Part shown: positions 23,456-36,066 of the stretch, piece by piece
Layout of the letters: each line of letters starts with the position of its first letter
How positions within the stretch are numbered: position 1 is the first letter of the stretch
From: Phallusia mammillata
Lineage: Eukaryota
Length of the DNA stretch: 64,000 nt
Direction: 5' to 3'
Assembly: GCA_965637545.1 (NCBI GenBank)
Contig: OZ281501.1
Span: forward strand, 18,600,001 to 18,664,000
Translations under genes and position numbers: made by a program
Notes under the pieces: generated by a model
Database searches by the model: none
What the model saw: the letters and a program-made list of their open reading frames with translations, nothing else
Told to the model about the DNA's origin: nothing

Positions 23456-26400
23456 ATGATACTACGATTAGTTCTAGTTACTTCAGTAATTGGATTTGCA
23501 CAAGGTATTGCTGTTATTGTTTTGCAATGTATGAAGTCTTTGATAAAAACGCGTTCATACATTTTAGGTTTGGAATGTTGGCAATGTTCGGCAAACAGCT
23601 TCAAGGAATGTCAGAAAACTGGAGAGTTGGTAACTTGCAGCTCAAAAGAGGTTTGGATGATAAAACTGTTGAAAGCTTGGTTGAAACCTATTGAGTGTTA
23701 ATGAAGATTGCATTCATAGGACGTTTGTTCAACAGTGGTTCGTAGATATTTTATGGTTCATAGAATTTGGAAACAATGTAAACAGAAACAATCTTGCTCG
23801 AGTGATCGTGAACAAGTAAGTGAAAAGTTTGTGCCACATTTACTTTAACAAAGATAGCTTAAAATCTTTATTTTAAGAACTGGGACAAGTTTGGTGGAAA
23901 CAACCAATGCAATGACAACTTTCGTTCATCAGTTTGCACTTGCTGTTGCGAAAAGGATTCTTGTAATATCAATGAAATGTGTAAAGGTAATGTTTATGTT
24001 TCAAATGTCAAATTTTTCACATAATTATAAAGTGTTTTTTGACCTACTAGATGTGGCTGCTTCTAACCCTTGCAGCTCTGTTGGACCCAAACTCAATCAT
24101 GGAAGAATGATTTGCACGAATGGAAACAAAGTTGGATCAAAATGTCTGTTCAGTTGTACTGATTTCGGCTTCTATCTCAATCCGGCGGGTCATTCAACAT
24201 CTCAATGTATGGGAAACGGGGAATGGACGCTCAAACCACCTTGTTGCTCAAGTTAGTATTTTATATTTGTGAAAAAGTTTTTACCCGTAAGTGCAGTGGT
24301 TCCCAACGTTTATCAACCAATTCCTCACTCAACAATTCAAAACATTTTAATTCCTCCCAAATAGATTACATAGTGGATGCTAAACCATACAAAGATCCTT
24401 GAAAATTGGCTCTTATCAACTTCACTGGTTATATTTCCAAGGCTAAGGTGTCTATTTACAAACCACAAAGTACAAATGAAACTAATTCCTCCCTTCAAGA
24501 TTAAAAATGGGAACCTGTGGCCTCTGGGTTAGGGCATAGGAATTTATATATATTACAGATTGATGGAGTTTCGATATGATATAATAACAATAAACTTATC
24601 ATCTGTCGGCGTTTATAGCAAGCGCCAAGTGAGAAAACGAATATTTTTAGTTGGAGACAGTAGCTGATTTTTTCACAAAATATTTTTTTAATTCCTAAAC
24701 CTAGATACCCAGATCTTTATTCAACTTTACGGTAAAGTAACTCGGCTTGTTTTACTGCACGAAAGTTTTGCAGCAAACACGATTCTTTCCTAAACTTTTC
24801 TGAAACACAAACCATTTTTAATTGATTTTTTTACACACAAAGATACTCAATTCTTTATTAACCAGATGAAGGAATGCTATTGCAAGTTAGCTTGGGTTGC
24901 CTTCAACACGTTCGCAACGACATGAATATTTCTTTTGCAAAACACATTAGTAAACATATCTGTTGTAACTACAGGAAAGTGTCCACCTTACATTCCCTTT
25001 GATTTGGTTTGGATAATGTCCAGAAGAAGCAGAGGGAATGTCAGATTGGTGCAAAGGACACTGACGAAAAGTTTTCGCAGGTGATAATTTGTAAGGTTTT
25101 TTTTGTTAGATCAATCAGATCAGAAAAATAGGGCAGAAACCGGTTTAAGTTTAAAGGCCAAAATTTGTTGATAAAACCTGAATTAGGCCAGAAACGTTGA
25201 GCTTAGTTTATTTGCTTGTTGAAAGAACACATACCGACCAAATAGCACTAAAACAATCACTAAGCCGGAAATAGCTGCGCAACGTTGAAACGTTATGGAG
25301 CGCAAATCATTGGAATTGGTGGATGATGGCTGAACGCGCTGCAGCGACGCCGTATTGTATAGTGTTGTGTAAAATGATCAAGGTGGAACTACGGCCATAA
25401 TGGGACAATGGCCCTTTTATTTAAACTTTTAAATTACGTCCGAACCTGACTCGAATATCCTGGCTTAACCTACAGCTGTGATACGTTAAGTAAGATTACT
25501 TATATATAACTTTTAAGCTGATGGGAAATGGGAATCACAAATTTAGTAAATTTATAACAAGCGTCTGTAATCACAAAAAGGTTGGGAACCATCTGTTAGA
25601 CCTTTTTTACGTTTTTAACACCTGAAATAGTTAATTGTGTTTTTATATTTCACACAATTGCTTCCACAATGTGTAGTTGCATCCCGTTTAATCATGATCC
25701 ATTAGTTGTGCCCTCAACTTTGTCGCGCTTTTTAACGTCTTAACATTGCGCAGCTATTTCCGACTTGGTGAATATTTTAGCACAATTGTGCAGCTACGAT
25801 TTTGCCCGGTGAAATAAACTCAACTCAACTTATAATATTTTGCAGATTAAGAGAAAGTGACGGGGAAGATTTTCGATTGGCTCGTCTCATTTACAGCGAC
25901 GTCATTCACCAAAACCTTAGTTTCAACTTGAGGTCAGATTGGCAAAGCATCGACTTTTCGCAATTTCGAAGAAGATTTCAGTTTCTGCCCCCAGGTTTCC
26001 ATGTGTTAAAATATTTACATAAAAAAACTAAATTAGATTCGGTTGCAAAAGCCTGATCGACCTTGGTGGAATAAAACAAGATACTGAAGAACTTTTACAA
26101 AATAAAAACCGCTTATAGCAACTCAAAACCTTAATTTATCCACAGACTCAGGAATGGTCAACACAGGGGGCGCTCTCAAATACGTCAGAGATCACGTGCT
26201 GGTCAAGGATCACTGGGATTTGGCTCACGCCGACGTTGTCTTGGTAACAACCGAATCCGACTCCACCGATGACGTAAAAGAGATTTCGAGGTCACTCAGG
26301 GATGACGGGATCATTGTGAGCTCATTCATTTGTGGAGCCGTTCAAGAGCATTAACTTATGATGAGGGTGTTTTAGCCGTTTATCACTACTATTGGGCGGT

Positions 26401-26967
26401 CACCAAAGGCGCCAAGACGTAGGGACAAGAGGAGGCACTGCCTTCCCCCTCGAATTTTAGTATCGCAAAGTTAACATTTTGTCGAAAATGCTGATAATTA
26501 AGATGAAGTGAAAGAGACAAAGTCAGTGAATATACAAACAGGCCAGTTTAACGATGTTTGTATCTCAAAGTTAACATATTCTGTCAGAAAGATTAAAGAA
26601 GTATTTTAAAAAGAAGTAAAACAGAGAAAGTTGGTGAATGTCTAAATAAGCGACGATGTCTGCATGGCAAAAATTGACCACGCTTGCAAATTTGTCTCCC
26701 GGCAACCATTGCGATTCCTATTATTTAAAAATTTCAGCAAATACAACATTCATTTTTTTTAAAGAAAACTGAATGCGATTATATATGTTCCAGATGTATT
26801 CGGTGTTTCTGAAAACCAGCGAGAACAAACCCAACATGCAGGAGTTACTTGATATTGCTGGAGAGGAGGAGCACGTGTTTATTGCTGATGAAAATGTGGA
26901 AGGGATTGGCGATCGAATAGCGGATGAGCTGATCGGCCATCTTTGCCAAAACCTCTGTGATGATTAG
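23456..26967 (+). CDS. Secreted Ly6-Sushi-VWA protein, copy 3, ~378 aa
   Basis: Exons 23456-23504, 23568-23650, 23720-23815, 23878-23986, 24051-24251, 24975-25080, 25846-25994, 26146-26315, 26794-26967; 1137 nt in frame. Confidence 0.85.
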
Positions 26968-27271
26968 AATGAATAGCAACTCCTCTGCTTTTTATTTCCC
27001 GAACTTTTACATCTACAAAATACAGGCAAAGCAATTTTTCAAACGTGTAAATTGTTTGCATTTAGCTGTCATTATCAGTTCAGCGAATTAAAGTTAGGTT
27101 TCGCCCAGCGGCGTAAAACATACTTCCGTGACATTGATTAAACGGAAAGGTGAGAAGAGCTAAATTTTCTGCTGAAGTATAAACCCCTGGGGCGTAACAT
27201 TGGCACAAAAAGGTTTGACACTGACCGAAAATCGCATTTTGACCGGTCAAAGTGAAATTGAAACCAGAAAG

Positions 27272-30200
27272 ATGTTTCTACAAATATTTGTAGTTACTGC
27301 AGTCGTTGGATTTGCACATGGTATCGTTATTTTTGTTACATATCCAAAAAAATGTGTTAAGTTTTGTTGAAAGTGTACATTCACAGGACGTTTGTTCAAC
27401 AGTGGTTCGTAGATATTTTATGGTTCACAGAAATTGGAAACAATGTAAACAGAAACAATCTTGCTCTAGTGATGAACAAGTAAGTGAAAAGTTTGTGTCA
27501 TAAATGTTGCATTAAAAGACATACACCAAGACCTAGAATACCTGCGAAACATACAAACTTTGGCTAGCAACACTGTCAGTTTAACCTGCTTGGAACGTAT
27601 TTTCAAACTCTGTGTTTCAGAATTGGGACAAGTACGGTGGAAACAACCAATGCAATGACAACTTTCGTTCTTCGGTTTGTACTTGTTGTTGAGACAAGGA
27701 TTCTTGCAATGTCAATGAAATGTGTAAAGGTGATGTATATATTTGATTGTCAATTGTCAAGTTTTTATGCGTTACCATTTTGTCGTTGTTTTTCATAATA
27801 GCCAAAATGACTTCGAACACTTGTAGCGCTGTTGGACCCAAACTTAAACATGGAAGAATGTTTTGCACGAATGGAAACAAAGTTGGATCAAAATGTCTGT
27901 TCAGTTGTACTGATTCCGGCTTTTATCTCAATCCGGCGGGTCATTCAACATCTCAATGTACGGGAAACGGGGAATGGACGCTCAAACCACCTTGTTGCTC
28001 AAGTTCGTATTTTGTATGTTTGTGGCAGCGGCAGGCTCAGTTGCATGAGGCCCTGAATAAAACTTGAGAAGGAGGCATGTCCATACATATGCAAAGGTGC
28101 CCTATGTATCTTCTTTTCGGGTTTATAGCAAGTAAACCCATTGTTGAACGACGATTGTTATATTATCTGGATCTAGCATCTGTATTCATGTCATTACAAA
28201 AATGCCATTGTAAGCTAAGTTTAATTGCAGCCAGTAAGGTTTCGCTAAAAAAACGTTAATTGTTCTCTCTTAACCACTTTATCACTACAGTTTTTTTGTG
28301 ACCACAGGACAGTGTCCACCTTACATTCCCTTTGATCTGGTTTGGATATTTTCCCGAAGAAGCAGAGAACAAGTTGAGTTGGTCAGAAAAACTCTGCTGC
28401 AAAGTTTTTTCAGGTTATGGTTTGTGATCTTGCAGAGTTGTAAACGGGTCTGAAATCGGAGCCTAAACCCTTTCCGAACCCAAATCGTTTTTGAGAAGCT
28501 CGTTTAGGCCCGAAAGTTACATAGACGTGCCAATGGATCCCTATATACATTGAAGCCTCGGGAAAAACAATAATAGACTATTGGTCTAGAACTCTAGAAC
28601 AACGTGCAAAGTCGGACTGAGTGTAAAGTCAGTTCCGAATCAATCCCATTTTTTAAGAAACCTAAGCGCGAACCTGGCCTGAACCCGACTAAAAACCCTG
28701 TGTTGTTGTGTTTTTCACATGGTTTGAACCTTAGCTTTTGAATGTCTGAAACTGGGACCAAAACCGAGAGGTTATGAAACATATAAGGCCAAGTTGGAGT
28801 CACGCCAAATTAAGTCCTTTTTCATTTAACTTAAACCCAACCCTGGACCAACAACGTCCTGTCCAAATTACATTACTGACAAGTTTTGTAAACTTTGTTG
28901 GCCGTTTTTGTTATACAACAAATGCAATTTGCGGGAAATATATATATTTTTTGTCAATGTGATGATGGTAAAAGGTTGTGAAGCTCTACCTTATTCGCAG
29001 TTACTATATTTTCTAGTCTAAAACCTGTATTGTACCAATAACTAGAATTGTTAATGCAGCCTATATAGAGAATGTTATTATAGGTTTATAAACTTGCTCC
29101 CATAATCTGTTACAGATTAAGGCAAAGTGACGGGGAAGATATTCGTGTGGCCAGGGTCGTTTACAGTGATATTATTCACCAATATGTTGGTTTCAATTTA
29201 AGAGCTGATTGGCAGAGCGTCAACTTTTTGGAGCTTCGTAAACGACTTAAACTTCTGCCTCCAGGTTTTAATTCCAGCATCTTGTACTTTTAAATCCCTG
29301 GTTTTAATGTTATTTGGTCACAACACATAACTCACTTAAACTCATCGAAACTCCTATTTTTCTCTATATGATGCTGGTTTAAGAATTCAAAAACCTACGT
29401 TAGTTTCAGCTAAAAAATCTGTGGCCTTGATATAATGAAATTCCTATATGTGATGGTGTTAAAAAAGAGACTATAAGCTTTACAAGTCTGAAGTCATCAA
29501 CCGTTTATTGTGTATAGATATATTTATATTTCACTGTATCATCAAGTATTGTATTCAAATATAATCTTAGGCATTAAAACAGGCGTAAAAAACGTTTTCC
29601 AATTTAAATTTTCCATTTAAAATTAAAATACTTGGCCCGACTTTGTGTAACCACTTGTAAGTATGTTGCCAAAGCTTTAATATTTCCAGACTCGGGAATG
29701 GTCAACACGGGCTTCGCCCTCAAATACGTCAGAGATCACGTGCTGGTGAACGACCACTGGGATTTGGCTCACGCCGACGTTGTCTTGGTAACCACCGAAT
29801 CCGACTCCACCGATGACGTAAAAGAGATTTCAAAATCGCTCAGAGATGGCGGGGTCATTGTAAGTTCATTGATGGAGTTGTTCTAGAAACTTAAGAAGAT
29901 TCGAATCCCTGACCGACTCTGCTGAGATCTTAAGGGGATTCAAATTCCTGACCGACTCTTTTAGGAAGGAATCGAATCCCTGACCGGTTCTTTTGAAACA
30001 AAGCCGAAATAAGCCAAAGTGTGGAAGTTAGGCCCAACTTATAGTTTTGGGCCGTTCAGTAAAAACCATCTGTTTATGACGCTTCTCATAGCCTTGAAGT
30101 ATATTAGCGTGTATTAGTTGTATGTCGGTATTTTTGCTTTAAGGAATTCACAAAATGAATACAAAGTCTAAAAACAGTTATGCTAAAAAACTGAATGCGG

Positions 30201-30387
30201 ATTTTTGTTGCAGATATATTCGGTGTTTTTAAAAACAGCCGAGAACAAACCCAACATGCAACAGCTGCTTGATATTGCTGGAGAGGAGGACCACGTGTTT
30301 ATTGCTGATGAAAATGTGGAAGGGATTGGCGATCGAATAGCGGATGAGCTGATCGGCCATCTTTGCCAAAACCTCTGTGATGAATAG
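27272..30387 (+). pseudogene. Ly6-Sushi-VWA copy 4 with disabled Ly6 module (pseudogene, or a Sushi-VWA-only gene)
   Basis: Exon 1 at 27272-27320; exon 2 (LECWQC..) is absent; exon 3 at 27387-27479; exon 4 at 27621-27729 has TGA at 27690-27692 in place of the third Cys of CCC. Exons 27802-28002, 28308-28413, 29116-29264, 29690-29859, 30214-30387 are intact, and exon 1 spliced to exon 5 is in frame (282 aa). Confidence 0.6.
29890..29991. repeat. Three imperfect tandem copies of a ~31-39 bp unit (GATTCGAATCCCTGACCGACTCT)
   Basis: Units start near 29890, 29929 and 29960; the core resembles a tRNA B-box (TTCGAATCC). Confidence 0.7.
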
Positions 30388-30703
30388 AATCTAACTTCTA
30401 ACGAGAGCTAACAAAACTAATTTGTCAATGAAAAAAAAAGCAATAATGCATGATAAAATATGAATTTATTATAAAGTAAAATATGTGAATTGCAGTTTGA
30501 GTTTTACAGATGAAAGTTTTTCACAATTGTACAGAAAAAAGCAACTTAATTTTGTAGTACAAACTTAAACCAGTCAAACAATTATCAGACAATTTGTGAG
30601 ATGAAAACATGTGATTTACAATTTGTACATGCAATACGATATAGTATATAACATGGTTTTATGTGGAGTGTGACTGTGGTTGACCATACACCCGATTCAC
30701 TAG

Positions 30704-32496
30704 TCAAAACCAAGTTAAACATTTGTAAACAATAAACGCAGCCAGAGCTACGTAGAAAGTCATGCTAATCAGAAACTGCCGTTCAGACGCTTTGATAATT
30801 TCGTTTGATTTTCTGTATTCTTCAAATATTTCTGCCCCCTTGTTTTTGTGTGGGAATGGAATTTCTGGAACATCAATATTAAGGAACTCGCATAATGGTT
30901 TCCAACCGTCTGTCACTTTGTAGATCAGGAGTCTGTCCTTTGTAGCTTTCTGTTAAGACACTGTTTTAAACCCACTTGGTGTTGGTAACTATTCTCACAG
31001 TGGCAGTACAAAATTTTAGTACACAGATGTTAAACAACTTTAGAACTTTCTTTGGTGACATAATTAAAGTAAATTTTTATCTTTTTTTGATAAAATTATT
31101 TTTAACATGAGAAATTGTTGAACGCTCTTTAGACAAAAGTCTGCTAAATATATTTACCTCATTTATGTAAAGTTTGTGTTGTCGGAACAGGCGCTTCAAT
31201 GTGCATTTGTTGCGAACTTCAATTCTATTCATCGGCCAACCCGGTCGCTCTGCTATTGGTGTAACTGTCCGGAAAAAAGTCAAATCAACAATTCAAAAAA
31301 AACCGCGTCGATAGCAGCCAGTGTTTTTAAGGGAGCGGTTTTCACGCCCAATTAGGATGGTTTTTGACATAGGCTGGAGTAGCGGTTGATACCGATGATT
31401 GAGGGTTGCGTTTTTGGGGGGCGGGTTGTCGAGAAAGTCATATTTTTGCGATGTCAAATACATCTTGACATGCATGCGTCTTTGCAAGCAGTTAAATGAA
31501 ATTGCTTTGTTAATAATTTACTTTGCAGTTACATTTTGGTCTAGTTTCAGCGATCAGATTTGCAGTTTTGAGAATTGCTGGACCTGACAACTGCATACTT
31601 ACAAACACCCCTTCGGTAGCTTATCCTTGTAATCCCCAAATATGTAAAACTCTGAATGCACCATAACACCCAGCTACTGTTCAACTCTTCAGCCTGTTTC
31701 ACGACGCTTTTGTACCATCTGTCTTCATCTCTCTCCATTAAAATAATCTGCAAAATGTTAAAATATTCATAGTAAACGCCAACACATATATACTACTATT
31801 CCTTTTAGGGATAATACTGTTTCTGTCATGCATAGTTTTCTACGTCCTATTAAGACGTAATTAACATTAATTGCGCTCTTAATCAATAACTTACCCTTCA
31901 AAGTCTTGATAAACCAGCTAAACAATTAAACAAGTTTAAAACGTTTTCATCTCGTTAACACCAGTCGGCCCGTTCAACCAAGTACAATATTTTCAACCCG
32001 GAGAGTTCGAATATACATCGCTGTTTATTAAAAGTAGTTGCAAGGTTGCGGGTTCTAATCCAGGTGTTGAAGGTTGTGAAGGATTTTCGGTTTTGTAAGT
32101 TCATAAACTCGTAAAAACATTTACTTACTAAAAAATTTTAAGTGGGTTGATGAGAAACTGGTTTTGTAGATTAGCCATCTAAGTTATAGGTGTTGACGGA
32201 CACACAGGTAAAAAAGAAATAATAAAAGCAGCCCTGTATACCTTCGCTGCAGGAAAAGCTTCTGCAAGTTCTTCCCAGTAATAACAACATGGGGCATCCA
32301 CAACTGCATCGACGCCATCGTACATTCGTCTCAATTGTTCTAACTTTGGCCCTTCTTTAAATATTTTAACCCATTCCTTGTACAGATAATACGAATTTTC
32401 AGGATAGTCGTAGATTGTTTTACAGCCGAGAACGCGAAGAGCAGTGTTCATGGTTTTGGTGCCGGTTTTAGGCAACCCTGCTACTATTACTTTCAT
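30704..32496 (-). CDS. Sulfotransfer_4 (PF17784)-type sulfotransferase-like protein A, ~250 aa, C-terminal TM helix
   Basis: Exons 32496-32242, 31747-31603, 31264-31158, 30949-30704. MKVIVAGLPKTGTKT (5'-PSB loop), DAVVDAPCCYYWEEL..FP.AKIILMERD..WYKS, LLIYKV.DGWKPLCEFL..P.FPH.N, hydrophobic tail FLISMTFYVALAAFIVY. Confidence 0.88.
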
Positions 32497-34261
32497 GATT
32501 GTCAGATTTAAAGCTATACCTGCCTGTACAGAATGACACTGAAGCGTAAGACAGTTTAAGGCGAGATACATTGTTAAGAATCTTTCTATTCTATATTTTG
32601 CGTGTGTCAAATTTGTTTCTACTTAACTGAGTATGATTGTCTCTCTGGGCCGCATGCGGCTCCCAACTACTTATTTCGCGGCTCCCACTAAACATTGCTA
32701 CGTTAGCTTTCAAGGTAATATTCTTTAGTTATTTTTTGAGGTCTCGTTTTTTGCGGCTCATTACACACTTAAAATCTACCATTTGGCCCCGACTATAAAA
32801 AGGTTGAGAACCACTGAAGCAAATGCTCTCAGAGTATCTGAATATTGTGCGTAAACTTGGCAAGTTTGGCTCAGTGTTATAACATAGCGCGTTTAATGTT
32901 TAACCTTCGCGCTCAGTGCAAAGGTTACGGATTGTCAAGTTCCAAATCACGGCAATAAACGTAATCCGGCTGCGGAGTGTTTTGCGGACCGCCCCTTAGC
33001 AAATCTTTGGTCGATGCAAACTTACTATAGGCCTACTAATTGGCACCAAGTATTTGCTAGACATTGGGGTTGATAGTAGATAATCAAATATATAGAACAA
33101 CTTTCTATTAAGCAATCGCAGATCGGCGTAAACAAAATGGCAGTGGCTCTGACTTTGCACAGAATAGGATCCATGGATTTTTGCATAGCATGAAGTGCAT
33201 CATACATGTGAATGCACTCATGGTACAAAATGAAAGCCACGACTAACTTAATTGTTTTTATTTCGCCATACCAAGCTGCAATTACATTGACCAAATGTGC
33301 CCTCCACCTGTTTGCACCGCATAACGTTACAAACTTGCGCAGCTGTTTTGTGCTTGGCGATTGCTTCACTGCCATAGTGTTCATGACATGTGTTCTTACA
33401 CCAAGCGAAATACACTAAACCTTAACTCACGTACAAAGTCGCATTTATAGCTGAAGCGTATTTTAGGCTGTTGTAGACGAAACAACTGTCCTGTAACGAC
33501 TCGATCGTGACACAGAAGATTAATGATTAACATTCTGGGTTTAGAGTTCAAAGCAATTGAATGCGTCATGTGTTTGCTGGCGTTCCTCAGTATCATTCCT
33601 TGGTTAATGTGCCAACATTTCTGTGTATAGTTATGACTTATCAAGCCAGCTGATTTAATGTACTAAACGTACACCGATTCGTTTGTTCGGAGAGTCAGTT
33701 TTTAGTTCTTACATATCAACATTCTGTAACGTAACAGTTTAAATTATGCCTGAAAGCATGTCATGAAAAAACGCCTGTCAGGTGTGATCGAAGGAACAAT
33801 TTTTCCAGTAAATTGACTTGAGTATGGCGGTGAAACTTGTGCAAACAAACTGCTTGTGCAAGGTAAACTTTGTTCTGATTTAGTTAAGATGTACATAAAT
33901 TCATAACTGGGATCAGCGTCGATGGAGACCAGCGATCGCGACACACTCATATATAAATCACAGTACACCAGGCCCATTGAAGACGACATACCGATTCAGC
34001 CGGTCAGCAAACATTTTAACTAATTTCCTGTCGCAGTTTGTAACAATCAGCTATTGTGAGCTATTTCAAAAATATATAATTGTTTATTTTCCCGAAATCA
34101 TTTTTGGTGTATCTGATGATAACAACCAGTTCTTGTTGCAAACGCAATTGTCAACAATTTGTGATGAGATGTAATGTACAATTTGTAAATACAACTGGGT
34201 TTGGTGTATAAAGCAGGTTTATGTTGAATGTAAGTTGCTTGTGGTTATCCATACATTGGGT

Positions 34262-36019
34262 TCACCAATGAAACCAAGTTAAACATTTGTAAACTATAAA
34301 CGCAGCCAGAGCTACGTAGAAAGTCATGCTGATCAGAAATTGTCGTTCGACCGATTTTACGATTTCATTTGACTTTCTGTATTCTTCAAATATTTCTGCC
34401 CCCTTGTTTTTGTGTGGGAATGGGATTTCTGGCACATCAACATTAAGGAACTCGCATAATGGTTTCCAACCGTCTGTCAGTTTGAAGATCAGGAGTCTGT
34501 CCTTTGGTGCTTTCTGTTAAGAAAAAGTTTTTTGTATCTCTCTGAGCTCACTCGGTGTAAATGTTCTGATAAAATTAACTTTAATATCGGCCATTGTTGA
34601 AAAGTCATTGCACCTAGCACAAGTGGTGGGATTCATTCGGTTCGCACCGGTTCTATATACAACCGTCTGACGAAATTTTATGAGATCAGCGAACCGGGTA
34701 GTATTACTGGTCTGTCAATGAACTTTTTGTAACATTACTGGCTAAAAATATGACTTTTGTGATAGAACCGACGGACAAAAAATTTGAATCCCACCACTGC
34801 ATAGCGCTAAACAAAAGTATACTGTGCATGGTTACCTCTTTTATGTAAAGTTCGTGTTGTCGAAACAGGCGCTTTAATGTGCATTTGTTGTGAAGATTAA
34901 TTCTTTCCGTCGGCCAACCAGATAATTCTGCTAGTGCTGCCACTGTTAAAACAACTCAAATCATCAATTCCACACTGTTGCCAGGGTGGCGGTTTTCACG
35001 CCCAATTGGGCTGGTTCTTGACTTCGAGTTGCGGGTTGTCAATTATTTGGGGTATGTTACTGGTAAATCTAGACACTTAAGCACTTAAATCACGAAAAAA
35101 TTAGGCTCATTTTAGGTATGTGGTTTAATTTACTTTCAGTTGCTTTTATTAGGACAATTTTGGCGAACGGGTTTGTGGTTTTTGAGAATTGGACCTTGGG
35201 ACACTGACGACAGCATACTTACAAACACCCCTTCGGTAGGTTACTCTTCTGATCCCAAAATATGTAAAACACTGAATGCACCATATCAACCAACTACTAT
35301 TTAACTGTTCAGCCTGTTTCAAGAGGCTCTTGTACCATCTGTCTTCATCCCTCTCCATTAAAATAATCTGCAAAATGTTAAAATGTTCTCAGTAAACGCT
35401 AAGGCTTAACTTAGAATTCATATAATTAAGCCAACACATATATGTTACTATTCCTTTCAGAGACAATATAAACTGATTGAAATATTTTGGCTTTGTGTTT
35501 CTAAGTCCTGTTTAGGCGTAAAAACATCATAATTTACACTTTAAATGTGCACTGACAATTCAGTGTCTTGATACTCAAGCTTTACGCAACAACTCTGCCA
35601 GCTAAACAAGTACCCGAAGGTTTTACGGCTTTGTAAGGTCATAAATTCGTAAACAAAATTACATTACAAAAAGAAATAAAGTGGGTTTATGATAAACTGG
35701 TTCCGTACATCAGCCATCTATAGGTGTTGACGAACACACAGAGTAAAACTTGACCTTTTTTTACCTTAGCATCAGGAAAAGCTTCTGCAAGTTCTTCCCA
35801 GTAAAAACAACATGGTGTATCCATAACTGCATCGACGCCATCGTACATTCGCCTCAATTCTTCAGGCTTCGATCCTTTCTTGAATATTTTAACCCATTCC
35901 TTGTTTAGGTAATACGCATTTTCAGGATAATCGTAGATTGTGTCACAACCAAGAACGCGAAGAGCATTGTTCATGGTTTTGGTGCCGGTTTTAGGCAACC
36001 CTGCTACTATTACTTTCAT
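34262..36019 (-). CDS. Sulfotransfer_4-type sulfotransferase-like protein B, ~252 aa
   Basis: Exons 36019-35765, 35367-35223, 34942-34836, 34513-34262; near-identical paralogue of A with the same intron phases. Confidence 0.88.
34622..34799. mobile_element. hAT-type MITE (CAGTGGTGGGATTCA TIR) in intron 3 of sulfotransferase B
   Basis: AGTGGTGGGATTCA..CGGTTCGCACCGGTTCT at the left end, TTTGAATCCCACCACTG at the right; degenerate TSD. Confidence 0.75.
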
Positions 36020-36066
36020 GATTGTCAGATTTAAAGCTACTGTCAACCTGCAAAGTATAACACAAT

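Noticed and set aside
24294-25596. One large hAT element between CAGTGGTTCCCAAC (24294) and GTTGGGAACCATCTG (~25596)
   Set aside because: A conserved coding exon of copy 3 (24975-25080) lies between them and there is no matching TSD; probably two unrelated MITE remnants.
29890-29991. CRISPR-like repeat-spacer array
   Set aside because: Eukaryotic intron, only three imperfect units with 0-8 nt spacers, and no cas genes.
33025-33384. Degenerate hAT transposase fragment (TLCGANRW..YDALHAM)
   Set aside because: Only loose resemblance to the LC.TRW motif; no catalytic DDE context or TIRs seen.
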